Shown in pieces: positions 48,543 to 58,253 of a DNA stretch of 64,000 nucleotides. The first letter of the stretch is position 1; each line of letters opens with the position of its first letter. The notes below the pieces were generated by a model. The model was not told the DNA's origin. It searched no databases and saw only the letters and a program-made list of their open reading frames with translations. The position numbers were made by a program, and so were the translations under genes. The stretch lies in the NCBI GenBank assembly GCA_963846575.1, contig CAWJWJ010000002.1, positions 2,432,001 through 2,496,000 on the forward strand. The letters are read 5' to 3'. The stretch is from an uncultured Nitrospiraceae bacterium. GTDB lineage: Bacteria > Nitrospirota > Nitrospiria > Nitrospirales > Nitrospiraceae.

Positions 48543-50192
48543 CTAGATACTGAGCTGCTCAATTTTTCTGCGTTGATTCAGCACATCGAAGACCACCTTG
48601 GTTCCGACCAGCGCCGTGAACAGGTTGATCCCGATGCCAAGGCACAACGTCACAGCGAAACCTTTGATCGGCCCGGTTCCAAACAGAAACAACGCAAACC
48701 CTGTGATCAGCGTCGTGACGTGCGAGTCGACGATGGTCAACAATGCTTTATCATATCCCGCATCGATCGCGAGGCGCACCGGCTTCCCCTGCCGTAACTC
48801 TTCACGTATACGCTCAAAAATCAATACGTTAGAGTCAACCCCCATGCCGATCGTCAGGATGATGCCGGCGATGCCGGGAAGGGTCAGCGTTGCATTCAAT
48901 GCCGCGAGGAAACCGATCAGGCAGACCAGATTCAAAAGCAACGCGAAATTCGCGATCACTCCGGACAACCGGTAATAACTCGCCATGAACACGATGACGA
49001 GAAGCCCGGCAAAGAGAGTGGCCTTCACCCCTTTCTCAATGGAATCTTGTCCGAGCGATGGTCCCACGGTCAGATCCTGAATGATCTTTAAGGGCGCCGG
49101 CAATGCACCGGCTCGCAGTACAATCGCCAGGTTGTTGGCCTCTTCCATCGAGAACGTTCCGGTAATTTGGGCCCGTCCCCCACTGATACGCTCCTGAATG
49201 ACCGGTGCGGAATAGATAGTATTATCAAGGACGATGGCCATGCGCTTTTTGACATTCTCACCGGTGATCCGATCGAATTCTCGCGCACCTTTTGCATCGA
49301 AGGTGACCGATACATACGGCTCATTGAACTGGCCGATAGACACCCGGGCGTCACTCAATACGTCGCCGGCCAACATGACTCGCTTTTTGACTAAATACGG
49401 CGACAGCCATTCTTGCCCGCTGTCTTTTTCCACGACCCGTTCGAAGAGAATTTGGTCGCCTTCCGGCACCTTCCCTTCCACCTGCTTCAAAAACGCTTCT
49501 TCGCGCTCCTTTCCCTTCTGGATACGACCCGGAAAATCAAGCTTCGTCTGATTATCATCGTCTAATAACTTGAACTCGAGCAACGCCGTCTGCTTGATGA
49601 GATCCTTTGCCATCTTGGCATCCTTGATCCCGGGTAGTTGAACCACCACCTGCTTCAAGCCCTGCCGCTGGATGAGAGGTTCGGCCACACCAAATTGGTC
49701 AATGCGGTTCCGAATGGTCTCCAGCGCCTGGTTGATGGCAGAGTCCTTGATTCGCTTGATCTCTGCGTCCCGCAGTTCCCAGACGACGCTATTCGGGGAG
49801 CCGGCCGATTCCACCTCCAGATAAGTTGGGAAATCATCCAGAACTTTCTGTACCTGCGCTTTCAGTTCAGCATTCTGAAATCCGATGGTAATCCGTGATG
49901 GCCCCGTTCGTTTGACTGATTCGGCCGGAATTTTTTTCTCAACCAGCAGATCCTGAATCCCAGCCGCCGTGCGTTCGACTGCAATCTCCACGGCCCGATC
50001 CTCTTCGACTTCGAGCACCAGATGAATCCCGCCTTGCAGGTCCAGCCCCAGGGTAATGCCCTTATCGGGAAGGACATCCCGAATCCACCGCGGCAGTTCC
50101 TTGTAAAGAGGCTGATAGGAAGGCAAGAAAAAGATGATCGAGGCGACCACCATCGTCACTAAGGCTAATAACCGTCCGCCGACTTTCTTCAT
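48543..50192 (-). CDS. secD: Protein translocase subunit SecD
   Basis: LGLDLQGG, IRNRIDQFGVAEP, LRAGALPAP, VGPSLG, GMGVDSNVLIFERIREE, GPIKGFA. Confidence 0.97.
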   Translation of the reverse strand: MKKVGGRLLALVTMVVASIIFFLPSYQPLYKELPRWIRDVLPDKGITLGLDLQGGIHLVLEVEEDRAVEIAVERTAAGIQDLLVEKKIPAESVKRTGPSRITIGFQNAELKAQVQKVLDDFPTYLEVESAGSPNSVVWELRDAEIKRIKDSAINQALETIRNRIDQFGVAEPLIQRQGLKQVVVQLPGIKDAKMAKDLIKQTALLEFKLLDDDNQTKLDFPGRIQKGKEREEAFLKQVEGKVPEGDQILFERVVEKDSGQEWLSPYLVKKRVMLAGDVLSDARVSIGQFNEPYVSVTFDAKGAREFDRITGENVKKRMAIVLDNTIYSAPVIQERISGGRAQITGTFSMEEANNLAIVLRAGALPAPLKIIQDLTVGPSLGQDSIEKGVKATLFAGLLVIVFMASYYRLSGVIANFALLLNLVCLIGFLAALNATLTLPGIAGIILTIGMGVDSNVLIFERIREELRQGKPVRLAIDAGYDKALLTIVDSHVTTLITGFALFLFGTGPIKGFAVTLCLGIGINLFTALVGTKVVFDVLNQRRKIEQLSI

Positions 50193-50228
50193 ACGTGCGC
50201 CAATCCCTTCCCGTCTCCGTCGCGTGCG

Positions 50229-50549
50229 TCAATCTTCTTCGTCACCGCGCAGCCGAGCAATGTGCTCTTTTTGGATTTTTATTTTGGTGTTGTCCGCAAT
50301 TTGCAGCGTGACCGTGTCTTTTCCCATATTCGTGATGGTGCCCCAAATTCCTGATGCCGTGACTACCTTGTCACCCTTTTTGAGGGCAGCCAGCATCGTA
50401 TCCGCCTGTTTCTTGCGTTTCTGCTGCGGCAGAATCAACATGAAATAAAAAATCACAAAAATGAGGACAAATGGGACCAGCGAGAGAAAACCCCCTCCTG
50501 CCCCCGCACTCCCGGATGTCCCCTGCGCCCACGCCACTGAATTCCACAT
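50229..50549 (-). CDS. yajC: Preprotein translocase subunit YajC
   Basis: FYFMLILPQQKRKK...LKKGDKVVTASGIWGTI; tgt-yajC-secD-secF synteny. Confidence 0.95.
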   Translation of the reverse strand: MWNSVAWAQGTSGSAGAGGGFLSLVPFVLIFVIFYFMLILPQQKRKKQADTMLAALKKGDKVVTASGIWGTITNMGKDTVTLQIADNTKIKIQKEHIARLRGDEED

Positions 50550-50573
50550 AATGTGCCTCGCCTATTTCGCCAT

Positions 50574-51731
50574 TTAGGAAACATCTGTATTTTGAGTATC
50601 TAAGCCGCTTTCGCCCGCCGGACGCTCCACGACGTAGGTCCGGTGAAACTCCCGACGAAACTCTTGAAACGTACCGCCTCGCACGGCGCTCCGGATCTCC
50701 TGCATGAGCTGCGCAAAAAACCATAGATTATGGATCGTGTTGAGACGGGCTCCCAACATTTCCTTGATGCCGAATAAATGGTGCAAATAAGCCCGCGTAT
50801 AACGCGTACAGACGGGGCACTGGCAGGCAGGGTCGATAGGCTGCTCGTCCCGCGCATAGCGGGCCTGCTTGATCACCACACGGCCAAATGACGTGAACAA
50901 CCAGCCGGTGCGGCCATGACGTGAGGGGACAACGCAATCGAACAGATCAATGCCACGCGCCACCCCTTCCACGAGGTCCTCGGGCATGCCCACCCCCATG
51001 AGATAGCGCGGCTTTGCCGACGGCAGCTCCGGCACCGTCACATCCAACATCGCATACATATCGGACTTACCCTCGCCCACCGACAATCCACCCACGGCGT
51101 ATCCATCAAATCCCACCGATACCAGGTCCCGCGCTGACTCCACACGTAGCGCAGAATCCAACCCACCCTGGACGATGCCAAACAGCGACTGATCCGATCG
51201 CCGCTTGGCGCTCACACAGCGGCGCGCCCATAAGGACGTCCTCTCGGCTGCATCGCGCACCTGCTCTATCGAGGAAGGCAGCGCGACCACATGATCAAAC
51301 GCCATGATGATATCCGCGCCCAACGCCTCCTGAATTTCTATCGACGTCTCCGGACTGATAAACCTCGACGACCCATCGATATGCGATTGAAAAATCACGC
51401 CTTCATCCGTGACCTTGCAAAACTTGGCCAGACTAAAAACCTGAAAACCACCGCTGTCGGTCAGGATTGCGCCGGGCCAGGCGGTGAAGCCATGCACGCC
51501 ACCCAACTCTTCAACCACTTTGTGGCCGGGACGCAGATAGAGATGGTACGCATTGTTCAGGATAAGCCCATAGCCCATCTTGAGTAGCTCGTCGCCATCG
51601 ACGCTCCGCACATTGCCCAGCGATCCGACCGGCATGAACGCCGGGGTAGCAATTTCACTGCGGCCAGTGGTCAAAACGCCGACACGAGCGTGCCCGTGGG
51701 GTTCTTCGTGTGTGGTGCGGAAGGACAACAT
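50574..51731 (-). CDS. tgt: tRNA-guanine transglycosylase
   Basis: TPAFMPVG, YHLYLRPG, TDSGGFQVFSL, FGIVQGG, KPRYLMGVG, DLFDCV, CQCPVC Zn site. Confidence 0.96.
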   Translation of the reverse strand: MLSFRTTHEEPHGHARVGVLTTGRSEIATPAFMPVGSLGNVRSVDGDELLKMGYGLILNNAYHLYLRPGHKVVEELGGVHGFTAWPGAILTDSGGFQVFSLAKFCKVTDEGVIFQSHIDGSSRFISPETSIEIQEALGADIIMAFDHVVALPSSIEQVRDAAERTSLWARRCVSAKRRSDQSLFGIVQGGLDSALRVESARDLVSVGFDGYAVGGLSVGEGKSDMYAMLDVTVPELPSAKPRYLMGVGMPEDLVEGVARGIDLFDCVVPSRHGRTGWLFTSFGRVVIKQARYARDEQPIDPACQCPVCTRYTRAYLHHLFGIKEMLGARLNTIHNLWFFAQLMQEIRSAVRGGTFQEFRREFHRTYVVERPAGESGLDTQNTDVS

Positions 51732-51744
51732 GCGATCGGTGGTC

Positions 51745-53499
51745 CTACATCTGCTCGGGAGCTGAGACGCCCAGCACGTTCAGCCCGTTTCGGACCACCT
51801 GCTGCACCGCCCCCATCAACGCCAGCCGCGCCCCCGTCAGGCCGGGCGTCACAACTTCACGCTGCCCGTTGGCGGGAGGTACGGTGTCGGTCGCAACTGT
51901 AGGGTGCGCCTCGCTCTCGGAGGCGGGAGGCAGAATGCGATGCTTATTGTAAAAGGGATGCAGCATCCCGGCCAACTCACGAAGATAATACGCCATGCGG
52001 TGCGGCTCCAGTTCGACGGCACTAGCCTGCAATACGACCGGAAAGGCCGACAGCTTTCGGATGAGCGCAAGTTCGTCAGGGTCCTGCAGCAGATCGAGAT
52101 TAGCCTGACCGGGAGTCGGACTATCGATACCTCGGGCTGCCGCCACCCGTCGGAGACTGGCAATCCGAGCATGCGCGTACTGCACGTAATAGACCGGGTT
52201 CTCTTGCGACTGCTGTTTGGCTAATTCCAAGTCGAAGTCCAAGTGCGTGCTGGAATCTCGCATGAGAAAGAAAAATTTGGCGGCATCGGCCCCGACCTCG
52301 TCCATCACTTCGCGAAGCGTAATGAACTCGCCGGCCCGCTTCGACATTTCAACTTTCTGGCCACCACGCAAGAGGTTGACCATTTGCACCAGCACGACCC
52401 TTAGCCGTGCCTTTGGATACCCGTAGGCCTGAACGACCGCCTGCATCCTCGGAATATATCCATGATGATCAGCACCCCATACGTCTACCAATAGGTCGAA
52501 CCCGCGCCGGAGCTTGTCTCGGTGATAGGCGATGTCCGAGGCCAGATAGGTATAGTCGCCCTCCTGCTTGCGAACCACCCGATCCTTTTCATCTCCAAAC
52601 GCTGATGAGCGAAACCATAATGCGCCATCTTGTGTGAACAAAAGGTCCCGCGACTCTAACTCATTTAGGACCTGTTCCACGGTGCCGGAGACCAGAAGCG
52701 AGGCTTCACTGAACCAGGACTCGAAGCCAATCCCGAAAGTTTCCAGATCCTGCTGAATAACCGCCAATAACGCGCGATAGGCAAGCTCCTTACTGCGCTG
52801 CTCAGCCTCACCGGTCGGCAGCGAGAGCAGAGCCTCCCCCAGGTCCGCCTTGATCTGCGCGGCGACCGAGCGGATATAGTCGCCCTGATACCCATCTTCC
52901 GGAAAAAAACCAGGCTTTCCGCAAGACTCAAGATACCGCGCCAGAACAGACATTCCCAGCAGCTTCATCTGTCGCCCGGCATCATTGATATAGTATTCGC
53001 TGACTACCTCATGCCCGGTGGTCTTGAGGAGACGAACCAGTGCCTGGCCTAAAGCGGCTCCACGTCCATGTCCGACATGCAGAGGGCCGGTCGGATTCGC
53101 ACTGACATATTCCACCAGCACTCGACGCCCTCGCCCAACCTGGCTGTGGCCATACGCAGCACCCTGGGTCTCAATTTCATGGAGGACTTCCATCCATACA
53201 TGTTGTTTAACCGTGAGATTGAGAAATCCAGGTCGCGCGATTTCGACACGATTAAAGAGAGCGTCTCGGTGTTCAAGATGATCAATGATGATCTGAGCGA
53301 TTTCGAACGGTGGTCGTCCTTCAGATGCCGATAACGACATGGCCAAGGTGGAAGACACATCCCCCCACTCGGGGCGTTTCGGAGATTCGAGACTCACGAC
53401 CGGCATCTGTTCTACCCGAAGGAGTCCCCGTTGTTTCGCCAGTCGGAGCGCCCCGACAAGCGCCGCGCTGACTTTATCCTGCACTAAGCCCTGAGTCAC
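51745..53499 (-). CDS. argS: Arginine--tRNA ligase
   Basis: VEYVSANPTGPLHVGHGRG (HIGH), YYINDAGRQ, WGADHHGY, MSKRAG, NPVYYVQYAHARI, GVSAPEQM. Confidence 0.97.
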   Translation of the reverse strand: MTQGLVQDKVSAALVGALRLAKQRGLLRVEQMPVVSLESPKRPEWGDVSSTLAMSLSASEGRPPFEIAQIIIDHLEHRDALFNRVEIARPGFLNLTVKQHVWMEVLHEIETQGAAYGHSQVGRGRRVLVEYVSANPTGPLHVGHGRGAALGQALVRLLKTTGHEVVSEYYINDAGRQMKLLGMSVLARYLESCGKPGFFPEDGYQGDYIRSVAAQIKADLGEALLSLPTGEAEQRSKELAYRALLAVIQQDLETFGIGFESWFSEASLLVSGTVEQVLNELESRDLLFTQDGALWFRSSAFGDEKDRVVRKQEGDYTYLASDIAYHRDKLRRGFDLLVDVWGADHHGYIPRMQAVVQAYGYPKARLRVVLVQMVNLLRGGQKVEMSKRAGEFITLREVMDEVGADAAKFFFLMRDSSTHLDFDLELAKQQSQENPVYYVQYAHARIASLRRVAAARGIDSPTPGQANLDLLQDPDELALIRKLSAFPVVLQASAVELEPHRMAYYLRELAGMLHPFYNKHRILPPASESEAHPTVATDTVPPANGQREVVTPGLTGARLALMGAVQQVVRNGLNVLGVSAPEQM

Positions 53500-53603
53500 A
53501 AAAACCTCTCTAAGTATGCGTGGAAACAGCGAAAATCAAACCCGCAATGTAACACACCATGACCGGAGAGACAACATCGCGATTAGGCAATGGAAACCAA
53601 TGA

Positions 53604-54619
53604 TCACCTTTTCAGGAAGTCCCTACAGACCTCGATGATGCGCTCAGAGGAAATACTGAGACACACCTTCTCGCCGCAACGCTCCACGCTGTTCCAATCT
53701 GGGCAGCTGCATGGCGGGCCGGATAGAATCGCGACGCTCGGTCCGAGCGGAGCCCAGCGTCGAGGATTGGTGGGACCAAAACAGGCGATGGTGGGGATCG
53801 ATAGTGCTGCGGCAAGGATGCGTCACGCCGGAATCGTGTCCGAGATAGCAATCCGCATGGGATAGGACTCCAGCTACCGCAGAGAGCGTACAGTCACGTA
53901 TGACGGGCACGTACCTGCCGAGTGTCGCTTGAACCCTGGCGACTGGCTCACCATCCGAGGGCCCTTCAAGCATAAGCGGGAATGTTCCCTCGCGATGTAA
54001 CCATGCGAGTATAGCTGCCCATTGTGATGGCCCTAAACATTTATGCATGCTCCCACTACCGACGTGGAGCACGACAAGGCGCTGCCGCTGGCTCCATTTC
54101 AGCGTTTCAAGTAACTCCCGTCCCTTCTCACGAGTAGAGGATGACAGGACTAGTGCATTGCCCTCTACCAGGTTGCCAGATTCTCTCTCCAGCGTTTCAA
54201 GATACCGAGCCGCCTGATGTTCGGACAGCAGAGCAGGAGAAGAGGGTGATTGTATTCTCACGCGCTGAACGCCTAGGGCCTGGAGGGAATCTGCGATCGT
54301 TGCCTCCACATCCTGTAGCCAACCGACGGCTAGATCACAGGTCTGCAACCATTTTTTGAATGCCGCGTTAACACAACCACTCCCGGCGAATAGTTCAGCC
54401 AAATGCGTCGACTCAACGGGAAAGACACGATCTGATCTCCCCTGCATCGTGTAATACTGACGCCACCGCTGTGGTGGCCAGAAGTGCTAGCTCATGTTCG
54501 GGAAATCGACGACGAAGTCGATTCAACGAAGGACGCGACAGGAGCACATCGCCAACCGCGCCGGGATGGATCGTGAGAACGCTTCGCGCGTTGCCATGCT
54601 TTGTATGGTGATTCCTCAA
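53604..54619 (-). pseudogene. Glycosyltransferase family 9 (LPS heptosyltransferase-like) split by two +1 frameshifts; may be intact in vivo
   Basis: HPGAVGDVLL in frame 1; HVGSGS...YLGHDSGVTH in frame 2; LAAALSIPTIACFGPTNPRRWAP...C-rich tail in frame 3, stop at 53604. Removing one base near 54433 and one near 53816 gives a 337 aa GT9. Confidence 0.8.
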
Positions 54620-54621
54620 GG

Positions 54622-55236
54622 CTACTCTGAGGGGGAGGCCTCGGCACGTACAAGATCGTCCGGCGTATTGATATTCTCGAAAGAACGCAATCCCGACTCG
54701 AGAATGCCAAGGTGACGTGTATCCACGACGGTAATACGCAGTTCGCCCTGCCGAAACAGTTTCTGAATCTTGAGATCCCGCTGCTCAGCCATCGTCTTAA
54801 GAAATGGTCTGCAGCGCTGAGAATAGACCGCGTGCATGGGTTGAAACCTGCCGGACAGTTCAGCCACGACTACATCAGCAGATTCGTCGCACGAAATCAT
54901 AGAACGAATGACCTTAGACTCCAGGAAGGGCATATCACAAGCAACAGCAAATACCCGCGGCTTGGTGGCAGCCACCAGCCCCGTATAGAGTCCACCCAGA
55001 CTTCCAGCGTTTGGAATCTGGTCGTAAACAACTCGACACCCTTGCACGTCCAGTGCGGCAACGGGTTCTGCAAGCACTACAATTGTCTCAGTAAACGTAG
55101 CCGTCAGCACTTCGAGCGTGCGGCGAAACAGACTCTTCTGACCTACTCTCAGAAAGCGTTTGTCCTGCCCCATGCGCCGACTCTTCCCGCCGGCAATCAG
55201 AATACCTGAAACGTTCTGAATCCTGGGCTGGTTCAT
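54622..55236 (-). CDS. mobA: Molybdenum cofactor guanylyltransferase
   Basis: ILIAGGKSRRMGQDK, GSLGGLYTGL, VACDMPF, QPMHAVYS, FENINTPDD. Confidence 0.92.
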   Translation of the reverse strand: MNQPRIQNVSGILIAGGKSRRMGQDKRFLRVGQKSLFRRTLEVLTATFTETIVVLAEPVAALDVQGCRVVYDQIPNAGSLGGLYTGLVAATKPRVFAVACDMPFLESKVIRSMISCDESADVVVAELSGRFQPMHAVYSQRCRPFLKTMAEQRDLKIQKLFRQGELRITVVDTRHLGILESGLRSFENINTPDDLVRAEASPSE

Positions 55237-55265
55237 CCCACATTAATCCTTGGTAACTCGAGACC

Positions 55266-55303
55266 AAAAAACAGCGAGGGGGTGAGTTTCCCCACCCCCT
55301 CGT
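55266..55303 (-). terminator. Rho-independent terminator of the CydA-like/cytochrome operon
   Basis: On the minus strand a G/C-rich stem-loop (CGAGGGGGTG...CACCCCCTCG) is followed by CTGTTTTTT. Confidence 0.75.
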
Positions 55304-55332
55304 CATTACCGACCACGTAGATCAGGTATCGC

Positions 55333-57117
55333 CTACATCACCTTCCCCTTTTTCTTGTTGGCTCGACGTGTCAACATCCAACCTTCCAGAAGTACAACAC
55401 CAACCGCGATAACGGCCGGATAAATGTAGACTTCCTGAGGTATCGGGGGTTGCAAGATGGTGTAATAAAAGGCAGAGACGGCCATTTTCCGTCCGGCATC
55501 GCCGTTATGCCCATCCCAGGCAAAGAAAACCATCGGGATGTACTTGCCAACGTCAAACCGGGTGTATTCGTCATAGTCGTCCTTATCACCCTTAAGTGGG
55601 CGGGAGATCATGACGGTCCACTGACCATTCTTCCACTCAGCCTTCAGTACCTTCACTTTTTCTTCAAAATCATCGCGCTCTTCAAAATCCTGATCCCACC
55701 CGGTCCCTAAGAAGGAACGCAGCGAACCATCCGCTTCCCACTTAAGAATGTCCGCATGAAACTTGGCGTCACCCCACAAATATCTGGGCTTAAAGGGTGC
55801 AGGGATCTCCTGCCATTTAATCGGGAATTGGAAGGCAATTCCGTCGTTATACACCGAATAGTTATTCTGGTGCGCAGCAATAGAACCTTCTTCACCCGTT
55901 TTCGGAGCCTGCTCCTTAACGCCGAAGTTCTCAACGTTGACCTGCGTCGGTGCCCAAGGCAACTTGCCCTCCGCAACACTCTTCGTCCGGTCGTCCCACT
56001 GGATGAGATAGACAACGTTCTTTTCGTTGTAGAGTGATTTGACCCAGATATCATCAATACGATTCACGAAATTCCGTGGCTTATGTGTGATCTGTCCGCC
56101 CATAGCTACGTAGCGACGACCCTGTTTTTTCCACATTTCATTCTCAGGGTCATCTGAGATCTCCCCTTCAACAGGCGCCGAAGGGATAACGAAATTGATC
56201 TTGGGTTTATCCGTCAGCGGGTCGATGCCAAGAGGTTTCCCTTCCACATCCCGCTCACACAACGAATTGACGAAGTTGGCAATATCCCATCGCTCTTCAA
56301 CAGTCGTGTTATCCGCGAATGACGGCATTGGGGTACCGTTCACACCGGTCGAAAATGTCCGGAAAATGTTACGCACGTTGTAAGGATCTTGCCGACTGCC
56401 ACGGAAATTCCAGCACTTGTGCCAATTTGCCGGCTGGATGGAAAATCCCCAGTCGTCTTTTAAATTGAAGGCATTGCCGTCTCCGCGCCCCTCGACGCCA
56501 TGACACTCGATACATTTCCTATCAACAATCAGTGCGGCGCCTCGCTTGAGACTTTCTTCATTTGCTTCAACAGGTTTGATAGTTCCAAGTTGAAGAATAG
56601 TTTGCGACTCAGATTCCTTGTCGGTAAACTTCCGATCTTTGACCAACTGGGTGGTCACGAATGACAAGACCTGGATCCGTTGCTCCTCGGATAAAATGCC
56701 TTCCCATGGAGGCATGGCAGACCCAGGAAGTCCGTGCGTAACTGTGTCAAAAAGGTCATTCTTTCCGGAATCGGCATTCATTTCGTTATAGTTAAACAAT
56801 GGCAATTCGCCACTTGCCGTGTGGCGAATTTTGAATGTCCCCTGGTTGAAGTTTCTGGGACGAGGCCACAGCCGATCAGCACCAGGACCATCCCCGGCGC
56901 CATCGACCCCGTGACACCAGACACACTTAGTAAAGTAGACCCGCTTACCAGCCTCGATCATTTCGGCTGGCGGAGGGGGAGCCAATTCACCAGCCTTGAA
57001 CCCCGCTGGCAAATCTGAGGCACTCACCATACCCGTCATACTAGTCGAGTACAACAGTGCACCTAGTGCCGCTCCGATCACCAGAGACGGCTTTCCGATC
57101 GTACGAAGTTTACTCAT
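55333..57117 (-). CDS. Diheme cytochrome c fused to an EB_dh/NxrC-like heme b domain, with C-terminal membrane anchor
   Basis: GAGG RBS before ATG 57117; signal peptide; CVWCH...SAMP and CIECH...TPMP; IQWDDRTK, DGIAFQFP, FFAWDGHNGDAGRKM; C-terminal TM helix. Confidence 0.87.
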   Translation of the reverse strand: MSKLRTIGKPSLVIGAALGALLYSTSMTGMVSASDLPAGFKAGELAPPPPAEMIEAGKRVYFTKCVWCHGVDGAGDGPGADRLWPRPRNFNQGTFKIRHTASGELPLFNYNEMNADSGKNDLFDTVTHGLPGSAMPPWEGILSEEQRIQVLSFVTTQLVKDRKFTDKESESQTILQLGTIKPVEANEESLKRGAALIVDRKCIECHGVEGRGDGNAFNLKDDWGFSIQPANWHKCWNFRGSRQDPYNVRNIFRTFSTGVNGTPMPSFADNTTVEERWDIANFVNSLCERDVEGKPLGIDPLTDKPKINFVIPSAPVEGEISDDPENEMWKKQGRRYVAMGGQITHKPRNFVNRIDDIWVKSLYNEKNVVYLIQWDDRTKSVAEGKLPWAPTQVNVENFGVKEQAPKTGEEGSIAAHQNNYSVYNDGIAFQFPIKWQEIPAPFKPRYLWGDAKFHADILKWEADGSLRSFLGTGWDQDFEERDDFEEKVKVLKAEWKNGQWTVMISRPLKGDKDDYDEYTRFDVGKYIPMVFFAWDGHNGDAGRKMAVSAFYYTILQPPIPQEVYIYPAVIAVGVVLLEGWMLTRRANKKKGKVM

Positions 57118-57164
57118 TGTTAACCTCACCACCTGTTCTCCCAGGTTGTTTTTAAAAATCCCGA

Positions 57165-58202
57165 TTAATCCCATGTCCGAGGATAGTATCCTGTGTGCCA
57201 GTATTCGAACAGGATGACTTTCCAGATTTCATCAGTTGTCAGATGCTGTTCCCATGGCGGCATGACAGAGGCCCAAGGAAAGCCTTCGTTCGGCAACCCA
57301 ATGCCCCCCTTAGCCACCCGCCAAAAAATGAATGTTTCCTGCAGCTGTGCAATGGTGCCTGGGTCGGTAAAGTTGGCAGGAATTGGGTTGAAAGCGAAAG
57401 CATGCAACCCTCGGCCGTTTAGATTGTCACCGTGGCAGAAATGACAATTCTGGAAAAATATCTCTCCGCCCTCTCGGACGTACTTGAGGTAACCCTCAGC
57501 CTTATCATCCCACGGATTGGCATTAGGAGCCATCAACCGCCCCATGGACTGCTCAACGATTAACTTATTGCTATACTCCTGATCGTATTTCCCCTCAGGA
57601 TTCACACGGTATGGATTCTGGGATGTTTGCAAGGTGTAGGTCTTGCCGTGAACCTTGGTGCTGGCGGGCGGTGCAGGATGCACTGTACGAAGCTCGATCG
57701 GTTCATCAATGCTCGGCTTCATCGTCAAGAACGAGAACCCTCCGATAAGCAAAGGCAAGAGGATCAAATACATCGTACGAAGTGCCTTATGGAACCCGGT
57801 GTTGGCATCCAAGACGTTGAGTATTGGTTGGCGAAACTTTTTCCAATCTTCCTCGTTGGCAGATACCCACATAAAGACCGCCACAAACGACACCGTTCCG
57901 TACATCGCCCGCACGCTGAAGGGAATTGGCGGATAGATGCGGAACTTAAGGTACGTTTGTATAAATACCCAGAATAAAATTCCCTGCCAAAAACGAGGGA
58001 ATGCAATCCCCATCGAATTCAGCAGGTAACTGAGACCTGCAAAGCCAGCCACGAACATGGCCAACTCACTTAATACCTGCATGGGCATGTAGCCCTCAAC
58101 GAGCCTGACGGTATTCGATGGGACGACTCCGAAGATCATTCCGATCAACACGAGTAGTCCCGCGACACCAATCAGCGCCCCGACTGACATTAAAGCTTTC
58201 AT
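57165..58202 (-). CDS. Membrane-bound monoheme cytochrome c (about 4-5 TM helices plus cytochrome c domain)
   Basis: N-terminal hydrophobic segments; CHFCH; SVMPPW. Confidence 0.87.
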   Translation of the reverse strand: MKALMSVGALIGVAGLLVLIGMIFGVVPSNTVRLVEGYMPMQVLSELAMFVAGFAGLSYLLNSMGIAFPRFWQGILFWVFIQTYLKFRIYPPIPFSVRAMYGTVSFVAVFMWVSANEEDWKKFRQPILNVLDANTGFHKALRTMYLILLPLLIGGFSFLTMKPSIDEPIELRTVHPAPPASTKVHGKTYTLQTSQNPYRVNPEGKYDQEYSNKLIVEQSMGRLMAPNANPWDDKAEGYLKYVREGGEIFFQNCHFCHGDNLNGRGLHAFAFNPIPANFTDPGTIAQLQETFIFWRVAKGGIGLPNEGFPWASVMPPWEQHLTTDEIWKVILFEYWHTGYYPRTWD

Positions 58203-58253
58203 TTCGTCATCTCCCTTTGTTCCGCAGCAGCAAGGAACACCCCAGCTTTTGAG

